From UHGV virus genome UHGV-0134758: a DNA stretch of 29,961 bases; one strand, written 5' to 3'. The position numbers and the translations under genes were made by a program. How positions within the stretch are numbered: position 1 is the stretch's first letter; each line of letters starts with the position of its first letter. Source of the DNA: a virus. Below are positions 1-9,106 of this stretch, piece by piece. The notes below the pieces were generated by a model. It was not told the origin of the DNA. It saw only the letters and a program-made list of their open reading frames with translations, and made no database searches.

Positions 1-518
1 CACACACCGGCCTGCCAGCCAACAGTACCGATATTGCACCGCCAGATATTCCGGCTGGCTTCGTGGCTGTTTTTAACAGTGATGAGGCATCGTGGCATCT
101 TGTTGAAGACCATCGGGGTAAAACCGTCTATGACGTGGTTTCCGGCGACGCGTTATTTATTTCTGAACTTGGTCCGCTACCAGAGAATGTCACCTGGTTG
201 TCGCCAGCAGGGGAGTATCAGAGATGGGACGGCGTATCCTGGGTGAAGGATGAGGAAGCAGAAAAACTGTTTCGAATACGGGAAGCGGAAGAGAAAAAGG
301 CAAGGTTGATTCAGGAGGCAACAGATAACATCGCAATTCTGCAGGATGCAGTTAATCTTGAAATAGCAACAAACGAGGAAATTTCACAACTGAATTCCTG
401 GAGAAAATACAGAGTATTAGTGAGTCGAATTGACACCAGTACAGCTCCGGATATCGTATGGCCAGAGCTGATGAATCAGGGTTATGTGCGGGAGGACGAG
501 CAGATAATTTCAGACTGA
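1..518 (+). CDS. tail fibre assembly protein (Tfa / U family), 5'-truncated by window edge
   Basis: Reading frame is open from nt 3 ([20 protein letters not shown] precedes the listed 63..518 ORF, whose first codon is an internal GTG). C-terminal ...[18 protein letters not shown] resembles Mu U / e14 Tfa-type fibre chaperones (from memory). Confidence 0.8.
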   Translation, partial: HTGLPANSTDIAPPDIPAGFVAVFNSDEASWHLVEDHRGKTVYDVVSGDALFISELGPLPENVTWLSPAGEYQRWDGVSWVKDEEAEKLFRIREAEEKKARLIQEATDNIAILQDAVNLEIATNEEISQLNSWRKYRVLVSRIDTSTAPDIVWPELMNQGYVREDEQIISD

Positions 519-1045
519 AATTTAGTGATGAATGTTGAATCATCTGGAATATCATGCAATACCAATGCATGAGCACCTATTGTGACATTGTTTCCTATAC
601 GCACTTTGCCACCAAGAATGGTGGCATTACAACCAATGGTCACATTATGTCCTATAACAATATCCATATCATTAAATTCCCCGCGAAGTCCAATAGTTAC
701 TCCGGGCTTTATTGAACAATTTTCACCGATTGTGACTTTGTGACCGATGACAACGCCATTGAGATAAGATATGTCGAATCCTTTCCCTATATTTACAGTT
801 AAGGGAACGGTTACATTGTACTTGTCAAGAATGAAGCGTTCCATTTTTCCTGCAACCTTTCGCCTATATCCGCCTTTATCAAAAAGATATTTCGATATGC
901 GCCACCAAAATAAATAACGAACTCTTCTATGTTTTATTGCGCGAACAATTGCTTTTCGCCAGGAGAAAGGACGCTCGCTACCAATTACTTCATAGTGAAT
1001 ACAGTCTTTAAGTTCATTAATGGTCATATTTCTATTGTTCAGCAT
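482..1045 (-). CDS. hexapeptide-repeat (left-handed beta-helix) acetyl/acyltransferase
   Basis: Tandem hexapeptide repeats [16 protein letters not shown]...[34 protein letters not shown]. Visibly AT-rich. Its 3' end overlaps the 3' end of the convergent tfa gene by 37 nt. No clear Shine-Dalgarno before the first ATG. Confidence 0.75.
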   Translation of the reverse strand: MLNNRNMTINELKDCIHYEVIGSERPFSWRKAIVRAIKHRRVRYLFWWRISKYLFDKGGYRRKVAGKMERFILDKYNVTVPLTVNIGKGFDISYLNGVVIGHKVTIGENCSIKPGVTIGLRGEFNDMDIVIGHNVTIGCNATILGGKVRIGNNVTIGAHALVLHDIPDDSTFITKFQSEIICSSSRT

Positions 1046-1466
1046 AATATAATCATGTGACCAATTATTATAATAATTTTAATGAATTATTTCTACTGAT
1101 TATCCAGTGTGTCTGGTGGTTTTCGGTATTATCTGCCGGAACCATGCCTCATCCAGCGAGTATTTGCTGCCGGGGTTATCCGGTTTTACGGTCACACCCT
1201 CGAGCCTCCGATTCTGGTCACGGCGGGTTTGTTATTTCCCGGTGCGTCGGATGACCACTGCCGTAACTTCTGCACCATTTTTGGGGGGGGCGGGATTCCA
1301 CTCCCACGCAACCTGCGCTTTTTGTGCAGCCTGTTTTGCTGCGCTGTCCCGGATTTTTGAGTTTCATTCTGCCCTCCCCCGATCCTATCAGGGACGACAC
1401 CCATCCACTTAAGCACGATGCCAAGACCATCAAGGAGCAGCGTCAGCGGTCCCAGCACAATGTTCT

Positions 1467-1510
1467 GCTTGACATCCTCCACGCCCTAAAGGACGTGGAG
1501 GATGTCAAGC
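1467..1510. repeat. perfect 17-bp inverted repeat (gcttgacatcctccacg / cgtggaggatgtcaagc) with 10-nt spacer
   Basis: Seen directly in sequence, anchored on the 1324..1563 ORF frame. The spacer ends also pair (cct/agg), giving a near-continuous 44-bp palindrome about 65 nt upstream of the holin-like start. Confidence 0.85.
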
Positions 1511-1573
1511 AACATGACCGGTTGAGAAGTTACTTTGCATACCATTACCTCCTGACAACGTAGGAGGGAACTT

Positions 1574-1903
1574 GTGCTTGACACACAGGAATTAGCTCCA
1601 GTTGCTATTGCGCTCCTGCTTTCAGTAATTGGTGGGATAGGCACGTTCCTGATGGATGTCCGAGACGGTCGCCAGTCTGGCAATTTGTTGGGATTGGTTA
1701 CGGAGATCTTTGTTGCAGTGACAGCTGGCGCGGTGGCGTACCTATTGGGGCAACACGAGGGCTGGGAGTTATCAATTACGTACTTAATGGTAACGATAGC
1801 CAGCAATAACGGTCATGAGGTGATTTCAGGGATGAAACGAGTGAATATCGATAGCATTCTGAATGTTCTTACAAGTTTGGTGAAAAAGGGAGGCGGGAAA
1901 TGA
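1574..1903 (+). CDS. holin-like small membrane protein (position of P1 lydA)
   Basis: 109 aa with 2-3 hydrophobic helices (LAPVAIALLLSVIGGIGTFL, LLGLVTEIFVAVTAGAVAYLL) and a charged C-terminal tail KKGGGK. GTG start 5 nt after AGGAGGG. First gene of an operon of overlapping ORFs. Confidence 0.7.
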   Translation: MLDTQELAPVAIALLLSVIGGIGTFLMDVRDGRQSGNLLGLVTEIFVAVTAGAVAYLLGQHEGWELSITYLMVTIASNNGHEVISGMKRVNIDSILNVLTSLVKKGGGK

Positions 1904-2343
1904 TTGGCTGGGGTGTATGCGTTCTTGCGTTAGCCTTAGCCGATCGCTATTTGCTAAAACGCAAGGACATCACGCATTTAGAACTTGGTGATGTGGAAAT
2001 TAAACCGGGTTTCATCCGGGTGCCGTTCAAATACCGGTCTAAATTCCCGTTTTTGCGCGGCGCAACGGTCAGATATTGGATCCGCGATGTTCAGAAGCCG
2101 ACGACAGTGATTGAAGGCGAACAACGTTGTTTGACGTCGGCTGAACAGGGCGAAAACAGTGAATGGTTGTACATACCCACTGAATATATGGGTAAAGGAG
2201 AGCGACTGTGGCATTTCAACGTCATGGTTACGCATGGCGACTCGTTCATTAACCCGTTGTATCGGATTTTCCCTGTTACTCAGCAAATCCGCAGAAGTTA
2301 CGTAATAAATCTCGCACAGGATGTGTCAGATGACGAAAAATAA
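1900..2343 (+). CDS. hypothetical protein, possible antiholin (position of P1 lydB)
   Basis: ATGA start/stop overlap with the preceding holin-like gene; hydrophobic N-terminus. Assignment is positional only. Confidence 0.55.
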   Translation: MIGWGVCVLALALADRYLLKRKDITHLELGDVEIKPGFIRVPFKYRSKFPFLRGATVRYWIRDVQKPTTVIEGEQRCLTSAEQGENSEWLYIPTEYMGKGERLWHFNVMVTHGDSFINPLYRIFPVTQQIRRSYVINLAQDVSDDEK

Positions 2344-2932
2344 GTATGCAACGGTCGATTTTGACCAAGTTAATGAAAAGGGGCTGAAATCCCTTATCGC
2401 GGCGATCAATAAAACCGGGGTTACGGTAATTGAGGTTGACTCCAGCAACCGAGCAACAACGAAAGATGGCGTTAAAGTTAAAACCGCAAAGCTGGTTCTT
2501 AACGACGGACAAATTCTTGCCATACAGGTAAACGATACTGGCGATATATCGTCTGTGAAACTGAATGGAAAAGCTATTCCTAACGCTCAGTCGCCGGATA
2601 TCAAGACGCTTGGTACCGTCATGGGACAGGCGGCCCGCAAAAACTCCGCAAAATTCCAGAAATCACTGATCGCCAAAGCGAAGCGTGTAGCCAATCCGGT
2701 AGACAAGAAACCGGCAGTTAAATCCAACTTTCAGCGCCTGCAAGAAGCAAAACAGCGGAATGCTCAGGTGGTTGCCGCTTATAAGTCCGCGCAGAATTCG
2801 GTGTCTTTCAATCAACAGCAGATCACTGATTTGCGGGCGAAGCTGGATAAGGAGACGGGCCGACTCAATAACGAAAAGGCACGGAATGGCGAACTCAAAC
2901 GTCGTCTTAAGCAACTGAAAGCAGGAAATTAA
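2330..2932 (+). CDS. hdf: Hdf-like protein (paralogue of a DarA segment)
   Basis: Shares blocks with the downstream 639-aa protein (AARKNSAKFQKSL vs LAEKNSAKFQRAQ, followed by a basic coiled-coil region). Start placed at the ATG at 2330 (AGG about 9 nt upstream); the track lists 2321. Confidence 0.6.
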   Translation: MTKNKYATVDFDQVNEKGLKSLIAAINKTGVTVIEVDSSNRATTKDGVKVKTAKLVLNDGQILAIQVNDTGDISSVKLNGKAIPNAQSPDIKTLGTVMGQAARKNSAKFQKSLIAKAKRVANPVDKKPAVKSNFQRLQEAKQRNAQVVAAYKSAQNSVSFNQQQITDLRAKLDKETGRLNNEKARNGELKRRLKQLKAGN

Positions 2933-2933
2933 C

Positions 2934-4853
2934 ATGGAACAGTTCAATATCAATAAAGGGGTGACGATCAAGCCTGGGCTTGACGTGCTTCCCCCGCCAG
3001 TGACTGATGATGAATATCGCGCATTAATGGCCGGTGAGGACCGCTATCTGATGACGGAATCCAACACCCTGGAGGAAATCGAGGCTACGTTCTTCTATGA
3101 CACGCCGATCCACTGGTGTGCTACGGATTTACTGGAGGCGATTAGTTCTACTCGTTTGCAGTTACACCGGACCATGCAGGCATTTGTCCGGGCATTGAAC
3201 CAGAAGCTGAATGGCACCGGAATCTCTGCGGGGAGTGATAAAACGGGGGATGTGGCCCAGAGCGGCGCGCGCGCGATCGGCGGTGCTGAAATTGGCCGGG
3301 CACGGAACGTTAACGGGCTGCCGGTCCTGCCAGCCATTATTCCGCTCAGTGATGGTCAGACTATCAGCATTCTGTTTCATAGCCCGACAGCGGAAAACCG
3401 GATCACCAATAGCGATACGCTGGTTGCTTTCCAGTTCTTACTGAATAAAAAAGACGTTACTCACACCGTTGCTCCGATGAGTGGACGTGATATGACGCTG
3501 GCGCAGGTCACCATGAAACTTGCCAACCTTGCAGAGAAAAACTCGGCAAAATTTCAGCGTGCGCAGAAGAAGAAAAAAGCCCTGGTTGATGAAATAACCC
3601 AACTACAGGCTGACAGTGACCAGAAAGAGGATGCCATGAGCGACCTCGCGGATCAGGTGGCAGCGGTAGAAGGGCAGAAGGTAGATCTGGAGCAGAAAAT
3701 TAACGCTGTTGCATCGGAAGCGGATTCTCTTTATGAAGAGAATGAGCGTTTGCAGACGGAGATTGATCAGCTCAATCGCACTGGTGGGCGCGAAACCATT
3801 GCTCCTGCGGGGATGACTGGTGGACACTCTCGCGCGATGACGGATCGCCTTGCAAGTATCAAAAATCGTATGCATATGAACGGGGAAGTGACGCTCAGTA
3901 ATGGTGCATCAATGAAGCAATTCATTGAGGACGGTGAAGGGTATATCCAGTTAACCGATTCGGATGGCAGCGTGTACATGATCAAGGCTAAATCCATACA
4001 GGGTGTGGACATGGCAGAAGCGATCGGCAAGCTGTTTAAAGCCTATAAAGCGGGTAATGTATCGGAATATCTGGTCCAACCAGAAGAACATAAACCGGAA
4101 AACGTCGAACCTGAACCAGCGGAGGATACCGGTAGCTCTTCGCCTGAACCAGAAGTCTCTGTAGGTGCATATCGATATGCCCTGCAAATGCGTCCGGCGG
4201 CCCCTGGCGCAATACCTGAAGGTAACAAAGCAATTCTGCCGCGCCCTGATGAAGGTGACCCGTATTATGAATATGCACGCTACGGCATTGCTACTTACGA
4301 TACCCCGCTTTCTGATCAGCAAATGAGTGAGTACGACCTGAAGTTATTGCCTCGCGAGGATTCTTTCGACTTCCTGGCGAAGACACTTACTAATGGTCCG
4401 TTTGGCAAATATGCACAAAAAGCTCTGGAGCTGGCCACCAGCTCACCAGACGAGTTCCGCGTAATGCTGAAGACTCAGTTTCAAAAAACTTTCCCCAATA
4501 TTGCGTTTCCGGGGGGCGCTGGCACCGAGAAAATGGTGCAGAGCATGATCAATGCATTGCAGGCCGAAGTCGGTGAGATTACTCAGCCAGAACCGGCCCC
4601 GGCACAGCCTGATGAAACGGTTAGCGAAGCAGATGCAGAGGCTAATAAAGCCATTGAATATCTCAATAACGTGATGGATATGCAAAGCACTGACATGGCG
4701 GAGATCCGTAACGCCCGGGGCAATGTCCGGGAAGCGATTGCAGCCCTTCAGGCTGCCGGACGTTTTGAGGAAAACGAAGAGCTGGTTAATGGCGCTGCTC
4801 GCCACCTGGCTGATCTGCTGGTAGCAATCCAGAAAGCGGGGGTAGCGGCATGA
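2934..4853 (+). CDS. darA: DarA-like antirestriction / internal head protein
   Basis: 639 aa, the length I recall for P1 DarA. Start 1 nt after the hdf stop with AGGAAA upstream. Central coiled-coil, acidic Pro/Glu-rich linker. Lies between hdf and two further operon genes as in the P1 dar operon. Confidence 0.75.
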   Translation: MEQFNINKGVTIKPGLDVLPPPVTDDEYRALMAGEDRYLMTESNTLEEIEATFFYDTPIHWCATDLLEAISSTRLQLHRTMQAFVRALNQKLNGTGISAGSDKTGDVAQSGARAIGGAEIGRARNVNGLPVLPAIIPLSDGQTISILFHSPTAENRITNSDTLVAFQFLLNKKDVTHTVAPMSGRDMTLAQVTMKLANLAEKNSAKFQRAQKKKKALVDEITQLQADSDQKEDAMSDLADQVAAVEGQKVDLEQKINAVASEADSLYEENERLQTEIDQLNRTGGRETIAPAGMTGGHSRAMTDRLASIKNRMHMNGEVTLSNGASMKQFIEDGEGYIQLTDSDGSVYMIKAKSIQGVDMAEAIGKLFKAYKAGNVSEYLVQPEEHKPENVEPEPAEDTGSSSPEPEVSVGAYRYALQMRPAAPGAIPEGNKAILPRPDEGDPYYEYARYGIATYDTPLSDQQMSEYDLKLLPREDSFDFLAKTLTNGPFGKYAQKALELATSSPDEFRVMLKTQFQKTFPNIAFPGGAGTEKMVQSMINALQAEVGEITQPEPAPAQPDETVSEADAEANKAIEYLNNVMDMQSTDMAEIRNARGNVREAIAALQAAGRFEENEELVNGAARHLADLLVAIQKAGVAA

Positions 4854-5215
4854 CACTATCAGCTATTGAGTTAATGGATCTCAGCGATAAGTTGGATGCT
4901 CTGATGTCCAAAGCGGCTACCGCGAGTGGCATGGAGTTGCTGGATATCAGCGATGAAATTGACCAGATCATGCAACAGATGGGGTACGGCGCGTCCGGCG
5001 GCAGTAGTGGCGAGGAAAAACAACCTTCGGTACATGATGGTGTGCCAAAACTGGTTGCTGATTTCCTGGCTGATAAATTCGTCGATCAGAGCACAGATGC
5101 ATTTATCGGTACTTTGCAGGACTTGAGTCAATATGTTGGCACATACATCGACCTGGACCAGGTTAAACAGCACACGGCGGCATGGATAGCCGCCAACATT
5201 AAAGAGGCAGCATAA
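4850..5215 (+). CDS. small acidic protein (position of P1 ddrA)
   Basis: ATGA overlap with the darA stop, indicating translational coupling; 121 aa. Positional assignment only. Confidence 0.55.
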   Translation: MTLSAIELMDLSDKLDALMSKAATASGMELLDISDEIDQIMQQMGYGASGGSSGEEKQPSVHDGVPKLVADFLADKFVDQSTDAFIGTLQDLSQYVGTYIDLDQVKQHTAAWIAANIKEAA

Positions 5216-5227
5216 GGCGTAACAGGG

Positions 5228-8221
5228 ATGAGCTTAAGCGATCAGGTGGTAATGGCCACCAGCATAGAAACGCTGATCGAGCTGCTAAAGAACCTGCCCG
5301 ATTATGGGCGGGTTTCGTATGTGGTGACAGCGAAGGGAGACGAGGTAAAAACGGCGTTTGATATCGTCGATGCCTCAGCTCTTTTGGTATCCAATACTCT
5401 GGATGGGAAAATTAATCCTGACTATCCCCAGGAACTTCAGCCGCGCGACCGGACCCGCGCATCCAGCCTTCTTCAGGTTAACCAGATATCCAAAGATTTG
5501 CGGCCTGCTCAGCTTACTGACTCCGGTTTATCCAGCCATGGCGCGCCGATAATTGGTGAGGACAATGCCGTTGAGTCAGGTAATGGGCGGACCATGGGGA
5601 TCATTAAAGCCTATCAGGACGGTAATGCGGATCGGTATCGGGAGTACCTGATTGAACATGCGACCGAATTCGGCATACGGCCTGAAAGGGTTGAATCAAT
5701 GACGGCTCCGGTACTGGTGCGCCGCCGGTTAACGAAGGTTGACCGTGTTCAGTTTGCCAAGGACTCAAATATTTCTGATCTCCAGGAAATGGCAGCCAGT
5801 GAAAAGGCTTTTGTTGATGCCGACAGCATAACTCCGGCGATGATGGCGCTGTTTAACCCGTCAGAAAGCGGAGATCTGCTTAGCCGCAGTAATGACGCGT
5901 TTATTCGCGGATTCATGACGCAAGTTGGTGCCACACAGGCGGCTGGACTTGTAACTGAAGATGGGCGACCAACACGGCAACTTGTTGACCGGATACAAAA
6001 CGCGATCTTTGCCAAGGCATATATGGATGCGCGCCTGGTAAGGATGGTTGCAGAAGAACCTGATCCGGATATGCGTAATGTTCTGACGGCGCTTAATGCG
6101 GCGGCCAATGATTTTGTCCAGATGCAGGCTTTATCAGGAGAAGCGCACAAGCAGGCTGTGACAACCATCGTTGATGGCATTGAAACAGCGGATAGCCTCG
6201 ATAAAAAGGCGCTGGCGGCATTGAAAGATGCGGTAGACCTGGTAAGGCAATCGAAGGAGTCAGGCCAACATATTACCGATGTTATTGCTCAGGGGGATAT
6301 GTTCAGCGAAACAGCCCCGGAAGTGAAAGCTCTCGCGTTGTTCATCGTCGCGAATAACCGTAGCGCGAAGCGTATGGCCACCGCCTTTAAATTGATGGCT
6401 CAACGTATCAATGATGAGTTACAGCACCAGGGCCAGGCGCTGGGGGATATGTTTGGCGGTGGCGATGTGTCGTTACAGGATATCCTTCGCCAGGTGTCTC
6501 AGGAACTGGAAAACGAAGGCATTCAAGGGATATCCGGCGGTCTTTTCGAGTCCGTTTCCGGCGGTAGTTACAACGGTGTTGCTCCATATACCAGTTTGCT
6601 ATTACATCGGGCATCCGGCATCAAAGACATTATTCATCTGATCAGGCTGCTTTCCCGCACAGATCCCCAGGATGAACAGCTTGTACAAGTGCTTGCGCAT
6701 TTTGTTCGAATGCCTGTTGCCGACGTGAAAAAATGGTGCCGATTATTCGGTATCAGCAATTCGTTACTTCGCGGCTTGTTAAATCACGCATCCTCCCTTG
6801 GGCGCGATGGCTTTGACGAGATAGCGCAGGCGATAAAAAACGGAGATATGCCACCAGCTATTGACTGGTTTTCCATTCGCCCAACCAGGGTGAAAGCATT
6901 CCTTAGCGCGGCGCATTCGGCATCACCATTGGCAGAAATGGTTCAGAGGTTGTCGCTCATATTCACAGACCATAGCGCGTTGGGTGATCTGACTCTGGAC
7001 GAGATGAAAGAAGCCTCCATTCAGTGGGCCGATCAACAAAATGAGGTTAACTCAGACTTCTTGCCAGCATTCAGGAAGGCCGTTAGTAAAGTGGATGATG
7101 CCCGTGGAATTCTGAAAGCATTTAAGGCATTGCAAAGTCGGGTTAATAAACATGTCGGTGATATCGATGGGGTAACGGCGGAAGGCAGGGATATCCTAAA
7201 AGAGCACGGCATAACGCCAGAGTTTATTGATGAGATCAGGACTGATATGCAGCGTGAGGTAGTATCGTCCCTGCAAATCGTAGCCAGAGCGTTGGCGGAT
7301 GCTAATCCGAAGAGTGCGGCCATTGTTAACCGGGTTATTGGTGATATTGAAGCATCGGAGGGCATGGGGGCGCTGAAACTTTTCCTTTCGCGAGCGTTTA
7401 ATCCTAACGGCAATATTCTCCCTGGTATTATTGGTGAGGCTAAAAAGTATGCCAGCGAAGAAGAACTTGAGCATCTTGACCAACTACTTAAGCGATTCTC
7501 ATATAACCCGCAGACACGCTGGCAAATGAATCAGCAAAGTATGGGTTCGGTCCACGAGAAAGTGTTATCTGCCATGAACAGTGCGATCGCCAACTCATCC
7601 GTATCTGAAGAAAAAGCTCTTGAGTGGGCCGACTCTTTTATCACGGAAGAAGTGGAAGAAGCCCGCGCTGGACAGAATGGTGGGATAGACCTGCGCAAGG
7701 AACTTGCTGATATTTATCGCCTGACCGGCGGTAAAATTTCGACCTTATCAAAGGTGGTTCACCACCAGGGAAGGGCATATGCAAATCTAAATGGTGTTGT
7801 TGCTGTCAATTTGAACGATGAAAATGCAAGTGCACTGTGGCACGAGCTGGGTCATCATCTTGAGTACAGTAACCCTGGTTTGTTAGAGAAAGCTAAAGTT
7901 TTTCTTAAGAAAAATATGATTGGAGATAAGCCAGCATTTATAAATACTGGTCAAAAGGGGAAAAAAGAGTGGGTTTTAACTTCATGTCTTAGTGATAGTT
8001 ATATGGGAAGAGTATACCCTGATTTTTCGGTAACACGTTCTGGAAAAATAAACTTCAAAACACCCACTATATCAAAAGCGAGAGCAACGGAAGTCTTCTC
8101 TATGGCGCTTCAGTTATATCATGATAAGGAAGCGTTGGCTGCATCGCTTATGAATGGTGACGGATTGGTCGAATTGTTGTTGGGCGTATCTCAGGAGTTA
8201 AACATTGAAAATTCACGTTGA
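5228..8221 (+). CDS. large dar-operon protein (position of P1 ddrB)
   Basis: 997-aa uninterrupted ORF with start 12 nt after the preceding stop. No catalytic motif recognised by eye. Confidence 0.7.
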   Translation: MSLSDQVVMATSIETLIELLKNLPDYGRVSYVVTAKGDEVKTAFDIVDASALLVSNTLDGKINPDYPQELQPRDRTRASSLLQVNQISKDLRPAQLTDSGLSSHGAPIIGEDNAVESGNGRTMGIIKAYQDGNADRYREYLIEHATEFGIRPERVESMTAPVLVRRRLTKVDRVQFAKDSNISDLQEMAASEKAFVDADSITPAMMALFNPSESGDLLSRSNDAFIRGFMTQVGATQAAGLVTEDGRPTRQLVDRIQNAIFAKAYMDARLVRMVAEEPDPDMRNVLTALNAAANDFVQMQALSGEAHKQAVTTIVDGIETADSLDKKALAALKDAVDLVRQSKESGQHITDVIAQGDMFSETAPEVKALALFIVANNRSAKRMATAFKLMAQRINDELQHQGQALGDMFGGGDVSLQDILRQVSQELENEGIQGISGGLFESVSGGSYNGVAPYTSLLLHRASGIKDIIHLIRLLSRTDPQDEQLVQVLAHFVRMPVADVKKWCRLFGISNSLLRGLLNHASSLGRDGFDEIAQAIKNGDMPPAIDWFSIRPTRVKAFLSAAHSASPLAEMVQRLSLIFTDHSALGDLTLDEMKEASIQWADQQNEVNSDFLPAFRKAVSKVDDARGILKAFKALQSRVNKHVGDIDGVTAEGRDILKEHGITPEFIDEIRTDMQREVVSSLQIVARALADANPKSAAIVNRVIGDIEASEGMGALKLFLSRAFNPNGNILPGIIGEAKKYASEEELEHLDQLLKRFSYNPQTRWQMNQQSMGSVHEKVLSAMNSAIANSSVSEEKALEWADSFITEEVEEARAGQNGGIDLRKELADIYRLTGGKISTLSKVVHHQGRAYANLNGVVAVNLNDENASALWHELGHHLEYSNPGLLEKAKVFLKKNMIGDKPAFINTGQKGKKEWVLTSCLSDSYMGRVYPDFSVTRSGKINFKTPTISKARATEVFSMALQLYHDKEALAASLMNGDGLVELLLGVSQELNIENSR

Positions 8222-8759
8222 AGTTCCGCCATGTCATGCGGCCATTGTTGAATACGTTGATGATGCGCCGCTGAAAATTATTTCTGGCGACATCACAGAA
8301 GACATGATAGCGAATGCTATAAATCGGGTAATTCCTGATGAAAGCCTAAAAATAGTTAATACGCTTGATGCACCTGGTGTGCATGTGCTTCTGACATTAC
8401 AGCAGGTTTGTGGATGGAACATATACTGGCCTGGTTGGGATGATGAAGAAGATCTTATTGTCAGAATTAATATTGCCACCCCATTTGGGGAAACAGCGCT
8501 TGTTGAGTATGGCGACGACGAACCGCTAAAAATTATTTCCGGTGATATTACCGAAATCATGATTGAAGAAGCGATCGCTGGTGCAAGTCCTGGAGGTTAT
8601 TTAGGGTTGGTTAACACCCTTGATGCATCTGGCGTAGAGATTCTTCGAACACTGAATTATTTTGCTGGCTGGTTTGTTGATTGGCCTGTGGTTGAGGGTG
8701 GCGATGAAGATGACGACGACGATGATTTGGATATCCATATTGCTCCGTACGTAAATTGA
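8205..8759 (+). CDS. hypothetical acidic protein with internal tandem duplication
   Basis: Two copies of an approx. 55-aa module (AAIVEYVDDAPLKIISGDITEDMIANAI... and TALVEYGDDEPLKIISGDITEIMIEEAI...), then a poly-Asp tail (DEDDDDDD). Start overlaps the preceding ORF by 17 nt. Confidence 0.55.
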   Translation: MKIHVEVPPCHAAIVEYVDDAPLKIISGDITEDMIANAINRVIPDESLKIVNTLDAPGVHVLLTLQQVCGWNIYWPGWDDEEDLIVRINIATPFGETALVEYGDDEPLKIISGDITEIMIEEAIAGASPGGYLGLVNTLDASGVEILRTLNYFAGWFVDWPVVEGGDEDDDDDDLDIHIAPYVN

Positions 8760-8764
8760 ACAAA

Positions 8765-8788
8765 CCCCGCCGATTGGCGGGGTTTGTT
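8765..8788 (+). terminator. rho-independent terminator
   Basis: ccccgcc-gatt-ggcgggg stem-loop followed by tttgtt, 6 nt after the stop at 8759. Confidence 0.7.
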
Positions 8789-9090
8789 CCTAGCGTGCCG
8801 TAAAATACTACCCTTCAGGTTTAATTGACATGGTGTTTTCAATGTTATGCTATAGATTCATTTTGCTTGCTAATTTATATCAAAATTTATTGAACCAATT
8901 GTTGAGTACATTTTAAATCAGCAACTCTTAAATTTTGCTAATTAATTAGTCAGCTATCTATCGCTGTGGTTGATATTAATGTGCTGGTGTAACGTGTTTT
9001 TATATTGTGCTGTTGTCTCTGGTTGCGATTTGGTCTTAGTGTTATTTCTTGCTCTGTTTATTAATCAATTGGTTTACAGTGATGTTTTTT

Positions 9091-9106
9091 TGTGATTTCG
9101 ATCACG
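9091..9106. promoter_or_regulatory. CRP-like site (tgtgatttcgatcacg)
   Basis: Matches TGTGA-N6-TCAC of the CRP consensus in the AT-rich region about 115 nt upstream of the porin start. Hand-counted coordinates. Confidence 0.3.

Noticed and set aside
63-518. Track ORF treated as a complete 151-aa gene
   Set aside because: The frame is open back to nt 3 and the first listed codon is an internal GTG; the gene is a 5'-truncated tail-fibre assembly gene cut by the window edge.
1057-1563. Several overlapping small ORFs on both strands (65-101 aa) between the acetyltransferase and the holin-like gene
   Set aside because: Mutually overlapping, no convincing ribosome-binding sites, low-complexity or biased translations; more likely a non-coding GC-rich spacer. 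No serine-recombinase (cin-like) sequence is present.
5749-6180. Antisense and out-of-frame ORFs inside the large dar-operon ORF, darB, the portal candidate and others (e.g. 5749..6180, 12581..12931, 13551..14042, 16495..16734, 18045..18578)
   Set aside because: Fully embedded in long, well-supported genes on the other strand or frame; typical shadow ORFs.
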